Below, piece after piece: positions 37,485 through 48,255 of a stretch of DNA of 64,000 bases. Every line of letters begins with the position of its first letter. Positions within the stretch are counted from its first letter, which is position 1. Both the position numbers and the translations under genes were made by a program. The notes below the pieces were generated by a model. It did no database searches. It was not told the origin of the DNA and worked only from the letters and a program-made list of their open reading frames with translations. The stretch is from Candidatus Latescibacterota bacterium. Lineage in GTDB: Bacteria > Latescibacterota > UBA2968. The stretch spans positions 1,920,001 through 1,984,000 of the forward strand of contig OZ220741.1 in NCBI GenBank assembly GCA_965116885.1. Reading direction: 5' to 3'.

Positions 37485-39152
37485 ATGCCAAATGTACTGT
37501 TTTTTTGTGGTGGTATAACACACCTTTATAATCAAGATATATTGAAGCAACTAATGCCAGATGTTCGGTTTACAGTTTTGCTAAAAGATACCTGGGTTCG
37601 ACGTATTCCCCCAAAAATACTTGGACGCTTAGATAGTGATCTCGTGATTCATGATGGTGCCCAATTAAAAGAAGAGATGTGGCGGAACCGTCCGGATTTA
37701 ATTTTTTTTTCTACAGCTAATCCTGAAGTATTTCGATGCCGCCTGTTTCGTAAGGCTCTTCAAATGAATATTCCAACTTTGGCCATTGAAGAAGTGAATC
37801 AACTGGCCAATAATGACGGCGTTATTAACCACTATTTTTTACCTGTAGATCGCCTGGGCGTGGCATCGGAAGTCGAAGCCAGGCAGTTTCGTGCATTGGG
37901 TTATTTGCCCGGCCAGATTGCTGTCACAGGATGGCCTTTTTATTCTGCCAACAAGAATCAAAAATTAGATCTTAAGAATGCTCTAACAAGGGATAATATT
38001 GGACTCAAAGGAAGCAAGCGTATCGGTCTTTTGATCCTATCCTTTTCCAGAGAAAAGGGCCTGGAGAGCCTTGAAACGATTCGCATAAGACGCCGTATGC
38101 TGGCGTTACTCCGGCAGGGCCTACCTCAGGATGTACAACTTCTTGTGAAACCTCATCCTGTGGACAAGCAACGCGATGTAGAAAAAATAGTAAAGTCAGA
38201 GATAGCAGAAGCAGTGGTGTTAGATGAGCAAGTACCCATAGAAGATGCTCTTGAAATTTGTGATTTCGTAATCAGCCGTGGTAATTCCCAGGTCATGTTT
38301 GAAGCAATGTTCAGAGGAATCCCTCTGGTCATCGTTCCTATGAATATCCGAACATTATTTGATCGTGAGTTGCCTGAATTGGTGGCAAATACACCCGACG
38401 CTCTGCGATACATTTGTCAACATGTCATAACACATCCGATTGATTATGGGCCTATTATCAACCTTCATGCGCCCCTTTCACCAGAATCGTCTTCAGAAAA
38501 AGTGGCTGGCTTAGTAAGAGTCATGCTCAATGGTTCGCTTCAAGTGCCCAGGTGGTTCAAGATGTTGGATCTGTGTCTCCAGATGAAATTTATTGGTATG
38601 GACGAAGAGGCTCATGAAGATCTGAAACGCCTGGCATCTTTAGAAGATATGCCTGCTGAATATAGACAAACAATACATGCAATCCATCATTTGTTTAGAA
38701 GGGAAGCAGATGTTGAAATTATTTCGAATCTTTTGGAAAGTTTTCGTGGAAATTTAATTCGACAATGGCATGTTCAAGCACTTTGGATACGCCAATTGTA
38801 TCAAAGACGGCGAGATGTTAGTATGGTAGGAGCAGGGATTCCCCTGACGCGATCATTTATCGGTGCTGTGAATCCTCATTATTTTATTCAGGAATTGTTG
38901 ATGCGGATGGATTTAGAATTTATAGCTGGTGATCAAGAAATAGCAGAGCAGCTCAGGTCCTGGTTCCAGGAAGATTTCTATTTTCTATGGGATTTTCAAA
39001 GGCGGGATATAAATCTGTCTCTCTGGCAAGATCACTGTATAAATTTACAGTCGCTGAAACAATTTCTCTACACAGTATATCGATCAGGACGTAAAAAAAT
39101 AAGTCGCTTCTACCTGAACGGGCGCAACATGGTGTTAAAAAAGAAACATTGA
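37485..39152 (+). CDS. Hypothetical GT-B-like polysaccharide biosynthesis protein
   Basis: VTGWP, VKPHP, SQVMFEAMFRGIP patterns resemble capsule/nucleotide-sugar transferases. Confidence 0.55.
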   Translation: MPNVLFFCGGITHLYNQDILKQLMPDVRFTVLLKDTWVRRIPPKILGRLDSDLVIHDGAQLKEEMWRNRPDLIFFSTANPEVFRCRLFRKALQMNIPTLAIEEVNQLANNDGVINHYFLPVDRLGVASEVEARQFRALGYLPGQIAVTGWPFYSANKNQKLDLKNALTRDNIGLKGSKRIGLLILSFSREKGLESLETIRIRRRMLALLRQGLPQDVQLLVKPHPVDKQRDVEKIVKSEIAEAVVLDEQVPIEDALEICDFVISRGNSQVMFEAMFRGIPLVIVPMNIRTLFDRELPELVANTPDALRYICQHVITHPIDYGPIINLHAPLSPESSSEKVAGLVRVMLNGSLQVPRWFKMLDLCLQMKFIGMDEEAHEDLKRLASLEDMPAEYRQTIHAIHHLFRREADVEIISNLLESFRGNLIRQWHVQALWIRQLYQRRRDVSMVGAGIPLTRSFIGAVNPHYFIQELLMRMDLEFIAGDQEIAEQLRSWFQEDFYFLWDFQRRDINLSLWQDHCINLQSLKQFLYTVYRSGRKKISRFYLNGRNMVLKKKH

Positions 39153-39234
39153 ATTTGATCCGTTTTATCGGCAAAATGTAGAGAAGTGCCGGCTTTCCTT
39201 ATCACCTCGTTGAAAAAGGCATCAGAAGGTCAAT

Positions 39235-41721
39235 ATGATTCGCAGTTATCTCATAGCTACTCTGCGCAGCTTGCTGAAAAACAGGGGATTGACAGCCATT
39301 AATATCCTGGGTCTGGCAATCGGAATGGCGTGCGTCATTTTAATCGCCCTCTACATTCAGTATGAATTTAGCTACGACCGACATCATGCCAATGCAACCC
39401 GCATCTATCGCGTCTTTCGCACAGTTTCAATGGAAAATACCACATCGGTCAATCCGCGTGCATCTGGCGCACTGGCACCGGCATTAAAGCGCGATTTTCC
39501 CGAAGTACAGGAAGCCATCCGCACACAACTGCTCACCTCATGGGTCAAAACCGACGACCGCTTTTTTCAGCAAGACGTGTGCGTGGCAGATCGAGAAATT
39601 TTCAATGTATTTACAATCCCGTTTGTAATCGGTGATCCAGGGACGGCATTGACCCAGCCGGGTTCGATGGTGTTAACAGAATCCATGGCGCGCAAGTTCT
39701 TCCAAAACCAGAATCCAATAGGAAAAACACTGCAAGTGGATCACCAGGCACTGAGTGGCACGGCTACATACTTTGTAACGGGTATTGTGCGCGACTTTCC
39801 ACCCAATTCGACCTTTTATTTTGATTGCCTGACCGCCACGCCAAGAGGAGCGTTGGCGGACATGTGGCCTATATGGCAACCCACGGGTGCTTATCGTCCC
39901 TTTTTTACGTATCTCCTGTTGTCCGAAGGCCACGACCATCGCGCACTACAGCAAAAACTGCCCGATTTGATAACGCGATACATGGGTGATGAAGTGCGCC
40001 AAACGACCCGATATATGGTGCAACCCCTCACGCGCGTACATCTTTATAGCCATTGGGATTTGGGACGTCAGTTTGCGGGATATGGCGACATCAAACAGGT
40101 GTATGCCTTTGGCCTCGTCGCGGGTTTTATTCTTGTACTCGCCTGTGTCAATTTTATGAATCTCTCAACGGCGCGTTCATCCACCAGAGCGCGTGAGGTG
40201 GGATTGCGAAAAGTGGTGGGCGCATCTCGCCAGCAATTGATCGGACAATTTTTGGGCGAGTCAATACTGATGGCACTCGTTGCAATGATGGTGGCACTCG
40301 TTGTAGTTGAACTGATCTTGCCGTGGTTTAACAGTTTTATTCAACGGGATTTGGTATTGCGTAGCACTGAAAATCTGTGGTGGCTGATCGGGTTGATCGG
40401 GTTTGGCGTGAGCGTTGGAATACTCGCGGGAAGTTATCCCGCATTTATACTCTCATCTTTTCTGCCTACGCAGGTGATGAAGGGGGATTGGATACCCGGA
40501 TCGAAACACGTTGGGCTGCGAAAAGCCCTGGTCGTCTTCCAATTTGCAATTTCGATTGCTTTTATCACAGGCACTGTTGTCGTACAAGAGCAACTGGCGT
40601 ATATCCGAAACAAAGACCTCGGATTTGACAAAGAACTCGTCGTTGGCATACCGATTTTCATCTATTCCTGGCAACTACATCACGGTAGTTCAGAAGATCT
40701 GAGGCGGCGCATTCCCACGGTAAAAGAGGTGTTCATGGCACACCCAAATATTTTAAAAACCACAGCCACGCGTTTCCCACAAGGAGGGTACATCACGACA
40801 GATACGTTTCGAGCTGAAGGCAGTGATACCGATTGGCAGATGGGCCTGTTTGATATTGACCTCGATTTTCTCGACTTCTTCAACATTGAACTGGCAGCAG
40901 GCCGTATGGCACCAGAACCGCCAGAGCTACCAGAAAGAATAGAAAGTCGTGCGGAGTTGGAAAAATATCGAGAACTGGTGCAAGCATATCGAGAAAAAGG
41001 CCGACCTCTCATCTTAAATGAAACAGCCGCACAGCACCTCGGATGGGATGATCCAATGGGCAAGTGCTTTAAGGAAAAAAATGGACCCGAGGGATATGTG
41101 ATAGGCGTGGTAAAAGATTTTCACGTTCAGACATTGCACAATACCATCCGGCCCGTTGTATTCAGGGTTTTTACGGGAGGTGCCAAACACCTCTACCTCA
41201 AATTGGGCACACAGAACATACCCGCAACCCTCGAATTTATAGAAAAAACATGGCATGAGTTTCTACCACAAATCCCTTTCACTTTCTGGTTTTTGAATGA
41301 TGACCTGACACGCGCGCGTTATGAAAATGAAATCCGCACGGGGAATGCGCTTGCAGTGTTTTCCGGACTGACAATCTTCGTGGCATGCCTGGGACTACTC
41401 GGCCTTATCTCGTTTTGCGCAGAACAAAAAACAAAAGAAATCGGGATACGGAAAGTTCTGGGCGCATCGGTATTCAGTATTTTTGGGTTATTATCCAGAG
41501 AATTTGTCAAACTCGTAATCATCGCCTGTGTAATCGCCAGTCCAATAGCCTATCTGTTTGTGGGCAGATGGCTGCAGGACTTCGCCTATCGCATCGATCT
41601 GCACCTTATGTATTTTCTCATAGGCGGTGTTCTCGCTCTCTTGCTCGCACTTGTAACCATGATCTACCAGGCCCTCAAAGCCGCACGGACAAATCCAGTG
41701 GATGCTTTGCGGACGGAGTAA
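39235..41721 (+). CDS. ABC transporter permease, duplicated MacB/FtsX type
   Basis: INILGLAIG, NFMNLSTARS...REVGLRKVVGA, KEIGIRKVLGAS, NPVDALRTE. Confidence 0.95.
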   Translation: MIRSYLIATLRSLLKNRGLTAINILGLAIGMACVILIALYIQYEFSYDRHHANATRIYRVFRTVSMENTTSVNPRASGALAPALKRDFPEVQEAIRTQLLTSWVKTDDRFFQQDVCVADREIFNVFTIPFVIGDPGTALTQPGSMVLTESMARKFFQNQNPIGKTLQVDHQALSGTATYFVTGIVRDFPPNSTFYFDCLTATPRGALADMWPIWQPTGAYRPFFTYLLLSEGHDHRALQQKLPDLITRYMGDEVRQTTRYMVQPLTRVHLYSHWDLGRQFAGYGDIKQVYAFGLVAGFILVLACVNFMNLSTARSSTRAREVGLRKVVGASRQQLIGQFLGESILMALVAMMVALVVVELILPWFNSFIQRDLVLRSTENLWWLIGLIGFGVSVGILAGSYPAFILSSFLPTQVMKGDWIPGSKHVGLRKALVVFQFAISIAFITGTVVVQEQLAYIRNKDLGFDKELVVGIPIFIYSWQLHHGSSEDLRRRIPTVKEVFMAHPNILKTTATRFPQGGYITTDTFRAEGSDTDWQMGLFDIDLDFLDFFNIELAAGRMAPEPPELPERIESRAELEKYRELVQAYREKGRPLILNETAAQHLGWDDPMGKCFKEKNGPEGYVIGVVKDFHVQTLHNTIRPVVFRVFTGGAKHLYLKLGTQNIPATLEFIEKTWHEFLPQIPFTFWFLNDDLTRARYENEIRTGNALAVFSGLTIFVACLGLLGLISFCAEQKTKEIGIRKVLGASVFSIFGLLSREFVKLVIIACVIASPIAYLFVGRWLQDFAYRIDLHLMYFLIGGVLALLLALVTMIYQALKAARTNPVDALRTE

Positions 41722-41796
41722 ACGACCATCCGCAGAGCGGGTGGCGGTGGATTTAAATTCTGTTTTGGTTTTTACTGCTAATGTTTTCGGTAGGGA

Positions 41797-43428
41797 TTAA
41801 AACCGCGATTGTTTGCTCTCCATGCTGGTATGCACATCGATCAATACGGTTTTGCCATCGGCATTTAGTCGCTGGGCTTCTTGCAATGCGGGGCGCATTT
41901 CGCCCACTTTTTTCACTGTGATGCCCACTGCGCCCATGCCTTCGGCTATTTGGGCGTAGTTGCCCTGCATGTTGGAGACGCCGTAGCGTTCGCGCGCCGT
42001 GGGAAAGCCACCGGGGTATGTCGCCATGCCCCCGTTGTTCAAAATCACGGTTGTGATGGGGATACCTGCGCGAGCAGATGTTTCGATGTCCAGGCCGGAC
42101 ATGCCGAAGGCGCCATCTCCCATCATGTTGAGGCAGAATTTGTCGGGGTGGGCGAGTTTGGCACCGATCATCAGAGGGATGCCGAAACCGAGGTGGGTTG
42201 TTTTGCCCCAGCCGATATAGCTGTGGGGCGTGGTTGCGGTGTAAAATGGTACGATTGAGTCGCGGGGCGCGCCGGCGTCATGCGTGACAATGCTGTTTTC
42301 GCGGTCGAGGGTGTTGTTGATTTCGTTGATGACGCGATAGGGGTTGAGGGGTTCTTCATTTGAGGTCAGCAGGGGCGTCCAGGTGTCGAGCCATTGTTTT
42401 TTGGCATGTGCGATCTCGGCGGCGACGCGGTCGGAATTTCTGGGTTCGCCAATTTGCGCTTTTACTTCGTCTATGATCGCTTGCAGGGCGAGTTTGACGT
42501 CGCCGATTAGTCCGATATCTACGGCTTCGTCTTTGTTGATGTCATCTGGGTTATCGGTGTTTTGGATGAGTACTTTGCAGGGGGGAACGGATTGGGCATA
42601 AGGGGTGCGGGTTAAACTGGATCCGAGTGCGAGGAGTACGTCGCAGTTTTTGAGCCAGTGGTGTACGGGTCCCGTGGTCGCGCCGCTGCCAGCGCCGAGG
42701 GCGAGTGGATGGCGTTCGTCAAAGGCGGATTTGCCGGGCATGGTGCAGAATACGGGTGTGGCGGTGAGATCGGCCAGTTCTTTCAGTTCATCTGTTGCAC
42801 CGGCAAATACGACCCCGTGTCCCGCCCAGATTACGGGGTTTTTTGCGGCGAGTAGTGCTGTGACGGCATCTTTGATGTCTCCAGACGAGGGCATTTGTTG
42901 CGCGCGTTTTGGCGAGTGGTAATTTTGTGCGTCGGCGGGTATTTCCTCTGCACAGACATCGGAGGTCATTTCGACTACGACTGGACCAGAAATACCATTG
43001 CGAAGGGCGTGGAATGCGCGGCGCATCACGGTGCCGACATCTTCTGGTCGATAGATCGCCTCGACGCGTTTGACCCATCCGCGATAGGTGTGGGTTGCGG
43101 AAAAATTGGGACGAACCGCGATTTGACTGAGTCTTACGCCGCCGGGGAGGACCAGTATTGGGACGTTGTCGGCATAAGCCTGGGCAATGCCACCCATTGC
43201 GTTTTCTGCACCGGCCTGTGCTTGTATTGCCACGACGCCGAATCGCTGTCGGTTGCTGGTGCGGCTAAAGCCGTCTGCGGCCATGACTGCGCCGCGTTCG
43301 TGGCGAAATGCGATTGGGCGAATGCTTTCTTTGGCTGCTGCCTCAATTAACGGATTGCTGGGATAACAGGAGATCCATTCGACGCCTTCTTGTTTCAAAA
43401 TGCGAGCGATATATTCAATGCCGTTCAT
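41797..43428 (-). CDS. Thiamine diphosphate-dependent enzyme (acetolactate synthase-like)
   Basis: RHERGAVMAADG, GDGAFGM...LNNG ThDP motif. Confidence 0.92.
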   Translation of the reverse strand: MNGIEYIARILKQEGVEWISCYPSNPLIEAAAKESIRPIAFRHERGAVMAADGFSRTSNRQRFGVVAIQAQAGAENAMGGIAQAYADNVPILVLPGGVRLSQIAVRPNFSATHTYRGWVKRVEAIYRPEDVGTVMRRAFHALRNGISGPVVVEMTSDVCAEEIPADAQNYHSPKRAQQMPSSGDIKDAVTALLAAKNPVIWAGHGVVFAGATDELKELADLTATPVFCTMPGKSAFDERHPLALGAGSGATTGPVHHWLKNCDVLLALGSSLTRTPYAQSVPPCKVLIQNTDNPDDINKDEAVDIGLIGDVKLALQAIIDEVKAQIGEPRNSDRVAAEIAHAKKQWLDTWTPLLTSNEEPLNPYRVINEINNTLDRENSIVTHDAGAPRDSIVPFYTATTPHSYIGWGKTTHLGFGIPLMIGAKLAHPDKFCLNMMGDGAFGMSGLDIETSARAGIPITTVILNNGGMATYPGGFPTARERYGVSNMQGNYAQIAEGMGAVGITVKKVGEMRPALQEAQRLNADGKTVLIDVHTSMESKQSRF

Positions 43429-43447
43429 GAAAGTTCCTTGGGAAAAG

Positions 43448-44335
43448 CTATTCCTTCAATGTCTCATTAAAAAAGTCAATCGTGCGCTGCCAGGCGAGCT
43501 TTGCAGCGGCTTCGTCATAGCGCGGCGTTGTGTCGTTGTGGAATCCGTGGTTGACGTTTTCGTATATATGAGCCGTGTAATTCACGCCTGCTTCTTTGAG
43601 CGCGGCTTCATAATCGGGCCAGCCCCGGTTGATGCGTCTGTCCAGTTCGGCGTAGTGGATGAGCAATGCGCCTTTTATTTTTGGTACGTCTTCGACCGCG
43701 GGTTGGCGGCCGTAAAAGGGGACTGCGGCGGAGATGATGTCGGGGATGCGCACGGCAAGGGTGTTCGACATGCCGCCGCCAAAGCAGAAGCCTACGACGC
43801 CGACTTTGCCGGTGCATTTTTCGTGTGTGTGTAGATAACGCGCAGAGGCGATGAAGTCTTCTGTCATTTTATTGCGGTCTATTTCGCGCTGCATGAGTCG
43901 GCCTTCGTCATCTGTGCCGGGATATCCGCCGAGGGGGGCGAGCGCGTCGGGGGCAAGCGCGAGAAAGCCTGCCGTTGCCGCGCGCCGGGCAACGTCTTCT
44001 ACGTAGGGATTTAAGCCGCGATTTTCGTGGATGACGACGACGCCGGGTACTTTGCCTTCTGCCTGCGCTGGGGCGACGAGGTATCCGCGGGTTTTTTCGT
44101 GTCCTTCTGGTGACGGGTATTCTATGTATTCGGCGCTGATGCGTTCGTCGTCTGTGGCGATTTGCTGTGCAAGTGCGTAATTGGGCTTTAGACTGTCTAA
44201 CAGAGCAGCAGCGGTTACGCCGCCGACTGCGAATTTTGCAGCGCGGTTTAAGAAGCCCCGCCGGTCTGTTTGTCCGTGGACATATTCGTCGTAGAGGTCG
44301 AGGAGTTCCTGGTCAAAGTCAGTTGCGGATTTCAT
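43448..44335 (-). CDS. Dienelactone hydrolase family protein (YghX-like)
   Basis: DRRGFL, HENRGLN, GFCFGG, HGFHND; start set to MKSATD. Confidence 0.92.
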   Translation of the reverse strand: MKSATDFDQELLDLYDEYVHGQTDRRGFLNRAAKFAVGGVTAAALLDSLKPNYALAQQIATDDERISAEYIEYPSPEGHEKTRGYLVAPAQAEGKVPGVVVIHENRGLNPYVEDVARRAATAGFLALAPDALAPLGGYPGTDDEGRLMQREIDRNKMTEDFIASARYLHTHEKCTGKVGVVGFCFGGGMSNTLAVRIPDIISAAVPFYGRQPAVEDVPKIKGALLIHYAELDRRINRGWPDYEAALKEAGVNYTAHIYENVNHGFHNDTTPRYDEAAAKLAWQRTIDFFNETLKE

Positions 44336-44354
44336 AATAGGTTCCTTTCTGTGA

Positions 44355-45134
44355 TTATACAACGCCAACGGTCTCGCGCACACCATCCCATTCGCGCCAT
44401 ATATCGGTGAATGCATCGACTCCAATTTCATTGATTTGTGTGTGTTTGGTTCTGAAGATCACGGCATATCGAATGTCTGGCGAGGTGTTGGGGCAGCCGG
44501 TATGCACCATGGCGTGATGGGCAAAGATTACGTCACCCGCTTCGCCAGTTACAAATACCGGACCTTCGGGTAGTTCGACGTGGGGCATGTGGTCATCCAA
44601 AATCTGATGCCCGTGTTCTTTGAAGTAGTTTTCGAAGAAGTGATGCGATTTGGGCCATACGGTAAAGTTGCCGCCGTTGGGGACGGGGACATCGTCGAGA
44701 TATACGACCGCAAAAGATGTAAAATTCCGGTTATAAGTTCCGTCTTCGCGCAATCCGCGCAGCCGGTCGCCTACGGCTTTTATGCCGTCCAGGTGCCCGC
44801 CACTTCTGCCCCAGCCTATTTTTTCCGTCAAGGTATCTTTTGGAAGACTGCCCGGTGGGCGCGGAAAATTGAGCTTGATACTTCCCGTCTGACTGCGCTG
44901 TAAATTGCCTTTTCCCAATGCGGATTCGAGGAGAGAGAAGGCGGGGGTTTCGTTGAACAGGTCCGTAATGACTGGTGTGGCGTTGATTTCGGGAAATGGG
45001 TTGGTATTTCCTTTGCCTATTTCGGCATTGATCGCCTGCCGCGCGGCATTTACCATTGCGCGGGGCACGGCACCCGAGACTTTGAGATAGCCCTCTTCGT
45101 AAAAGAAACGTTTTTGGCTTCCGGTTAGTTCCAT
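44355..45134 (-). CDS. PhyH-family Fe(II)/2-oxoglutarate dioxygenase
   Basis: FYEEGYL, HLD, WPKSH, GDV...HTGCPN...R. Confidence 0.85.
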   Translation of the reverse strand: MELTGSQKRFFYEEGYLKVSGAVPRAMVNAARQAINAEIGKGNTNPFPEINATPVITDLFNETPAFSLLESALGKGNLQRSQTGSIKLNFPRPPGSLPKDTLTEKIGWGRSGGHLDGIKAVGDRLRGLREDGTYNRNFTSFAVVYLDDVPVPNGGNFTVWPKSHHFFENYFKEHGHQILDDHMPHVELPEGPVFVTGEAGDVIFAHHAMVHTGCPNTSPDIRYAVIFRTKHTQINEIGVDAFTDIWREWDGVRETVGVV

Positions 45135-45216
45135 TGCGATCTCCTCGTGTTCGCGTTTCAATTTTATCTCGCCCAAAATTATACCACTTTCCAAAAAAAG
45201 CAACATTTTTACCATT

Positions 45217-45301
45217 GGGACGGCACAGGGGCCGTCCCCTACGGTTTGTAGGGGCGACCCCCTGTGGTCGCCCGCTGACTACTGACCACTGACTACTGAT
45301 A
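45217..45301. repeat. Pair of GTAG-type REP-like palindromes plus CTGACYA heptamer repeats
   Basis: GGGACGGCACAGGGGCCGTCCCCTAC and GTAGGGGCGACCCCCTGTGGTCGCCC, then ctgacta-ctgacca-ctgacta-ctgata. Confidence 0.85.
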
Positions 45302-45413
45302 CCTCTTGATAATTTTTTTGTTTCATGCCAAATTTCTTTTGCTCGAGGAAATGGGAAGTGGGAAAGCAGATTTATCACCTTAAAATTGCCCCAATTGGCA
45401 CGGGGCGAAAGGA

Positions 45414-46586
45414 ATGAAGATGTCCAGTTCTCAATCAGTTTATCGCGCTGCGGCTTTTGCCGATTTCAAGCCGGAGCTTTCAGGTCCCGGGGCTACGCCA
45501 GAGCGATTGGCGCATCTGGAGGAGCATGGGTTTGTCATTATCAACGATTTTGCCGATAATCCCTGGATTCCCGTTCTCCGCGAGGCGGGTCGCCGCGTTA
45601 CCGAGGCGTGCGCGCCAGAGAATGGGTACAGTGAGATCGATTGCTCGAAGGGCTATGTACACCGCACGGGCAATGATGAGCCGTGGGCGATTCGGGGGCT
45701 TATCCATCCGGCTTTTGGGGAGCCGTGTTTTGCGGAGTTCCACGGTTCGCCAGATTTTCTGAGTTTTGTTCATTCGTGGTGTGATGGGCTGGCGCCAGAA
45801 GATATGGTGCTGGGTGGGTTGTTGCTGTGGTGCAATCCCCGGCAGAAAGAGAATAAGCTGAGTTGGCACCGGGATGTGACGTGGTGGGGTACGGGGGAGC
45901 GCTATTTTGCACAGCGGGATGAGCGGGGTAGTGATCCAGAGGCGTATTCCGAGGAGGTTGAGAGGAAGCGCTGGAAAGAGATCCGCGCAAATAATGCGAA
46001 GTCTCTTAAAGAGCGGAATGGCGTGAGTATGTTTTTGGCATTGGCGGACGATGAGTGTCACGAACTCATACCGGGGAGCCACAATCGGTGGCGTACGCCG
46101 TTTGAGCACGATGTGCTTTTGCCGAAGGCGGTGAAGGAGCAGGGGGTGCCGCATACGCCGAGTTGGAATGGCGAAGATCCATTGCCTGGGCAGGTGGCGA
46201 TCCGGCTCAAGGCTGGGGAAGCGCTTATCCGCAATGGGACGACGATCCATACGGGGCACACGGTTCCCGATCGCGAGCGCAATACGTTGTCGATCGGTTG
46301 GTCGAAGTGGTCGGGGCCATCGGAAGAGGAGCCGTCTGTGAGCGATGTGCGACATGCATGGCAACTCGATCCGGCTGTGCGAGAAGCACTGCCACACGAG
46401 TGGATGAAGACGGCGTGGGATCGCTGGGCCGCGAGAACGAAGCTCGGAGATACGCTCGAGGACCGGTATCCGGGCTTTGATATCAAGCGCATCAAAGCTG
46501 GCGAGGTGGTCGGTTGGCGCGGTGAGTTGGAGCGGCAAGCTGCGGCGGCTGGCGAGGCGTGGGAGCGTTTCCAGACTGTGTCGTGA
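45414..46586 (+). CDS. PhyH-like Fe(II)/2-oxoglutarate dioxygenase
   Basis: LEEHGFVII, WHRD, IPGSH, HTG...R. Confidence 0.8.
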   Translation: MKMSSSQSVYRAAAFADFKPELSGPGATPERLAHLEEHGFVIINDFADNPWIPVLREAGRRVTEACAPENGYSEIDCSKGYVHRTGNDEPWAIRGLIHPAFGEPCFAEFHGSPDFLSFVHSWCDGLAPEDMVLGGLLLWCNPRQKENKLSWHRDVTWWGTGERYFAQRDERGSDPEAYSEEVERKRWKEIRANNAKSLKERNGVSMFLALADDECHELIPGSHNRWRTPFEHDVLLPKAVKEQGVPHTPSWNGEDPLPGQVAIRLKAGEALIRNGTTIHTGHTVPDRERNTLSIGWSKWSGPSEEEPSVSDVRHAWQLDPAVREALPHEWMKTAWDRWAARTKLGDTLEDRYPGFDIKRIKAGEVVGWRGELERQAAAAGEAWERFQTVS

Positions 46587-46600
46587 AGATTGTGCAATAG

Positions 46601-46641
46601 CAAGAAGCCCCCGGTGCGGTTATGGCATCGGGGGCTTCTTG
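46601..46641. terminator. Hairpin between convergent genes, probable bidirectional terminator
   Basis: CAAGAAGCCCCCGGTGC-loop-GCATCGGGGGCTTCTTG. Confidence 0.8.
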
Positions 46642-46642
46642 T

Positions 46643-48196
46643 TTATGAGGTGTAAATATTCTCCATCTGATAGGCGTCGAGAGACAGGAGTTCGCTATCC
46701 TGTCCCTGTGATCGGAGGGAGACGCCCGTGCTGTCTTCGCGTCCGGGATAGACGCGCAATGCCACGCATTGTTTGCCGTTTACAAATACTTCTACGACGC
46801 TTTTATCGACAAAGACGCGCAATTTTAAGGTTTCATCCGGCTCGATATAGACCGAACCGGTTTCCGGCGCGCGGGTGCGTACGTCGGGTAAGATGGAGGA
46901 GCACGATGAGTCGATTGTGATCAGGCTCTTCTGGGTGTTGAGTTCTCGATTTCTGAATCCGCGATCTTTGAAGAACATGATGCGCGTGACTTCTTCTTTG
47001 TTGGGTGACCGCAATACGTCCATTTCGACCATGGGCGCGTTTTTGGTGTCGATTTCAGCGACTATTTCCATTGCGTTGCCCTGTATATTGTCGAGGACGA
47101 TTTCGCTATTGGCAGCGAGTGTCATGCGTCCTACATGCTGGTGATCGCGGCGCAGGGATTCCACATCGCCTGCTGGTTCTATGCGTATATCTTCTTCGCC
47201 GATGAGCGTCATTTTGCGGGGCAGGGTCATGATCTGGTTCCAGTTTTCTGTTGGCTTGCCCGGGTTCATGTTGAAGATGACGATGATATTGCCATTGCCA
47301 TCCGGGGTTGCCGAAGGCGCGTGTACGCCACAGGGACCATAAGGTCCAAAATTGCATTTGTCATGCGCTGTCACCACAAATTTGTCGCGTTCTTTGTCGT
47401 AGTCGCCCAGCAGATATTGCCCCCCGCTCATGTGGCTGTAAAAGAGCAAGATGTGGCGATCTGCAATGGGCCAGAAGTAGGGGCAGGCGCCGTCGTCGCC
47501 AACGAGTGTGAAGAGGTCGTCTTCGACAAATGGATGCAAATACGTCCAGTTCGCCAGGTCGGGTGAGCGGAGCAAGAAGTTCGCGCGGGTGCGTTTACCA
47601 CCCGGTCCGGGCAGGGTGCCGCCCGAGAGCGAGTAGTAAAAATCTCCCTTTTTCCAGATGCACGGATCAAATACCCGATAGGGCGGTGTGGAGCCATCGG
47701 GGTTTTGCATGGGGATTACGGCTTGTCCGGTTACTTTTTCCCAGTTTAAGAGCAGGGGGTCGCTGGATACGGCGACCATGTTGCCTACCATGGTGCCGTG
47801 ATACATGGCGATGACGCGGTCGTCTTCTACGAATGTTGAGCCGGAAAAACAGCAGCGTTCGGGGTTGGGATAGATCGCATAAGGCAGGTCTTCCCAATGG
47901 ATTAAGTCGTCGCTGATGGCGTGTCCCCAGTGTTGGCGCGGGTCTTCGGGGGGATATGCCTGGTAAAACAGATGCCATCGCCCCTGCCAGAAGCAGAGGC
48001 CATTGGGGTCGTTGAGTGTGTGTTCTGGGTTTACGTAGTGGTAGATGGGTCTGTGTGGGTCGCCTTCATAACTTTTTCGCGCTTCATTCATCCGCTGTAA
48101 TAGCGGATTTGTGGCGAGGGCTTCGCGCTGTTCTTCAAGTGTGTTTGGAAATGTGTAGTGCGGTACGAGTGATGTGTAATCTGGCGTGTCGCTCAT
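46643..48196 (-). CDS. Glycoside hydrolase family 32-like protein (atypical catalytic motifs)
   Basis: LNDPNG, WHLFYQ, HWGHA, FSGS, FDP, ACP, DKSVVEVF; start set to MSDTPD. Confidence 0.88.
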   Translation of the reverse strand: MSDTPDYTSLVPHYTFPNTLEEQREALATNPLLQRMNEARKSYEGDPHRPIYHYVNPEHTLNDPNGLCFWQGRWHLFYQAYPPEDPRQHWGHAISDDLIHWEDLPYAIYPNPERCCFSGSTFVEDDRVIAMYHGTMVGNMVAVSSDPLLLNWEKVTGQAVIPMQNPDGSTPPYRVFDPCIWKKGDFYYSLSGGTLPGPGGKRTRANFLLRSPDLANWTYLHPFVEDDLFTLVGDDGACPYFWPIADRHILLFYSHMSGGQYLLGDYDKERDKFVVTAHDKCNFGPYGPCGVHAPSATPDGNGNIIVIFNMNPGKPTENWNQIMTLPRKMTLIGEEDIRIEPAGDVESLRRDHQHVGRMTLAANSEIVLDNIQGNAMEIVAEIDTKNAPMVEMDVLRSPNKEEVTRIMFFKDRGFRNRELNTQKSLITIDSSCSSILPDVRTRAPETGSVYIEPDETLKLRVFVDKSVVEVFVNGKQCVALRVYPGREDSTGVSLRSQGQDSELLSLDAYQMENIYTS

Positions 48197-48255
48197 GGTG
48201 CTTTGTCCTTTCTGTTTTAGGGAATCCTCCTGGCTTCCAATAACGGGGCTTGCCC

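Noticed and set aside
45395..45412. TTGGCACG as a second sigma54 promoter
   Set aside because: No GC at the -12 position, and it is too close to the start codon.
45480..46538. 352-aa minus-strand ORF (and 50517-51434 on plus)
   Set aside because: Antisense shadows of genes with clear motifs; no recognisable features of their own.
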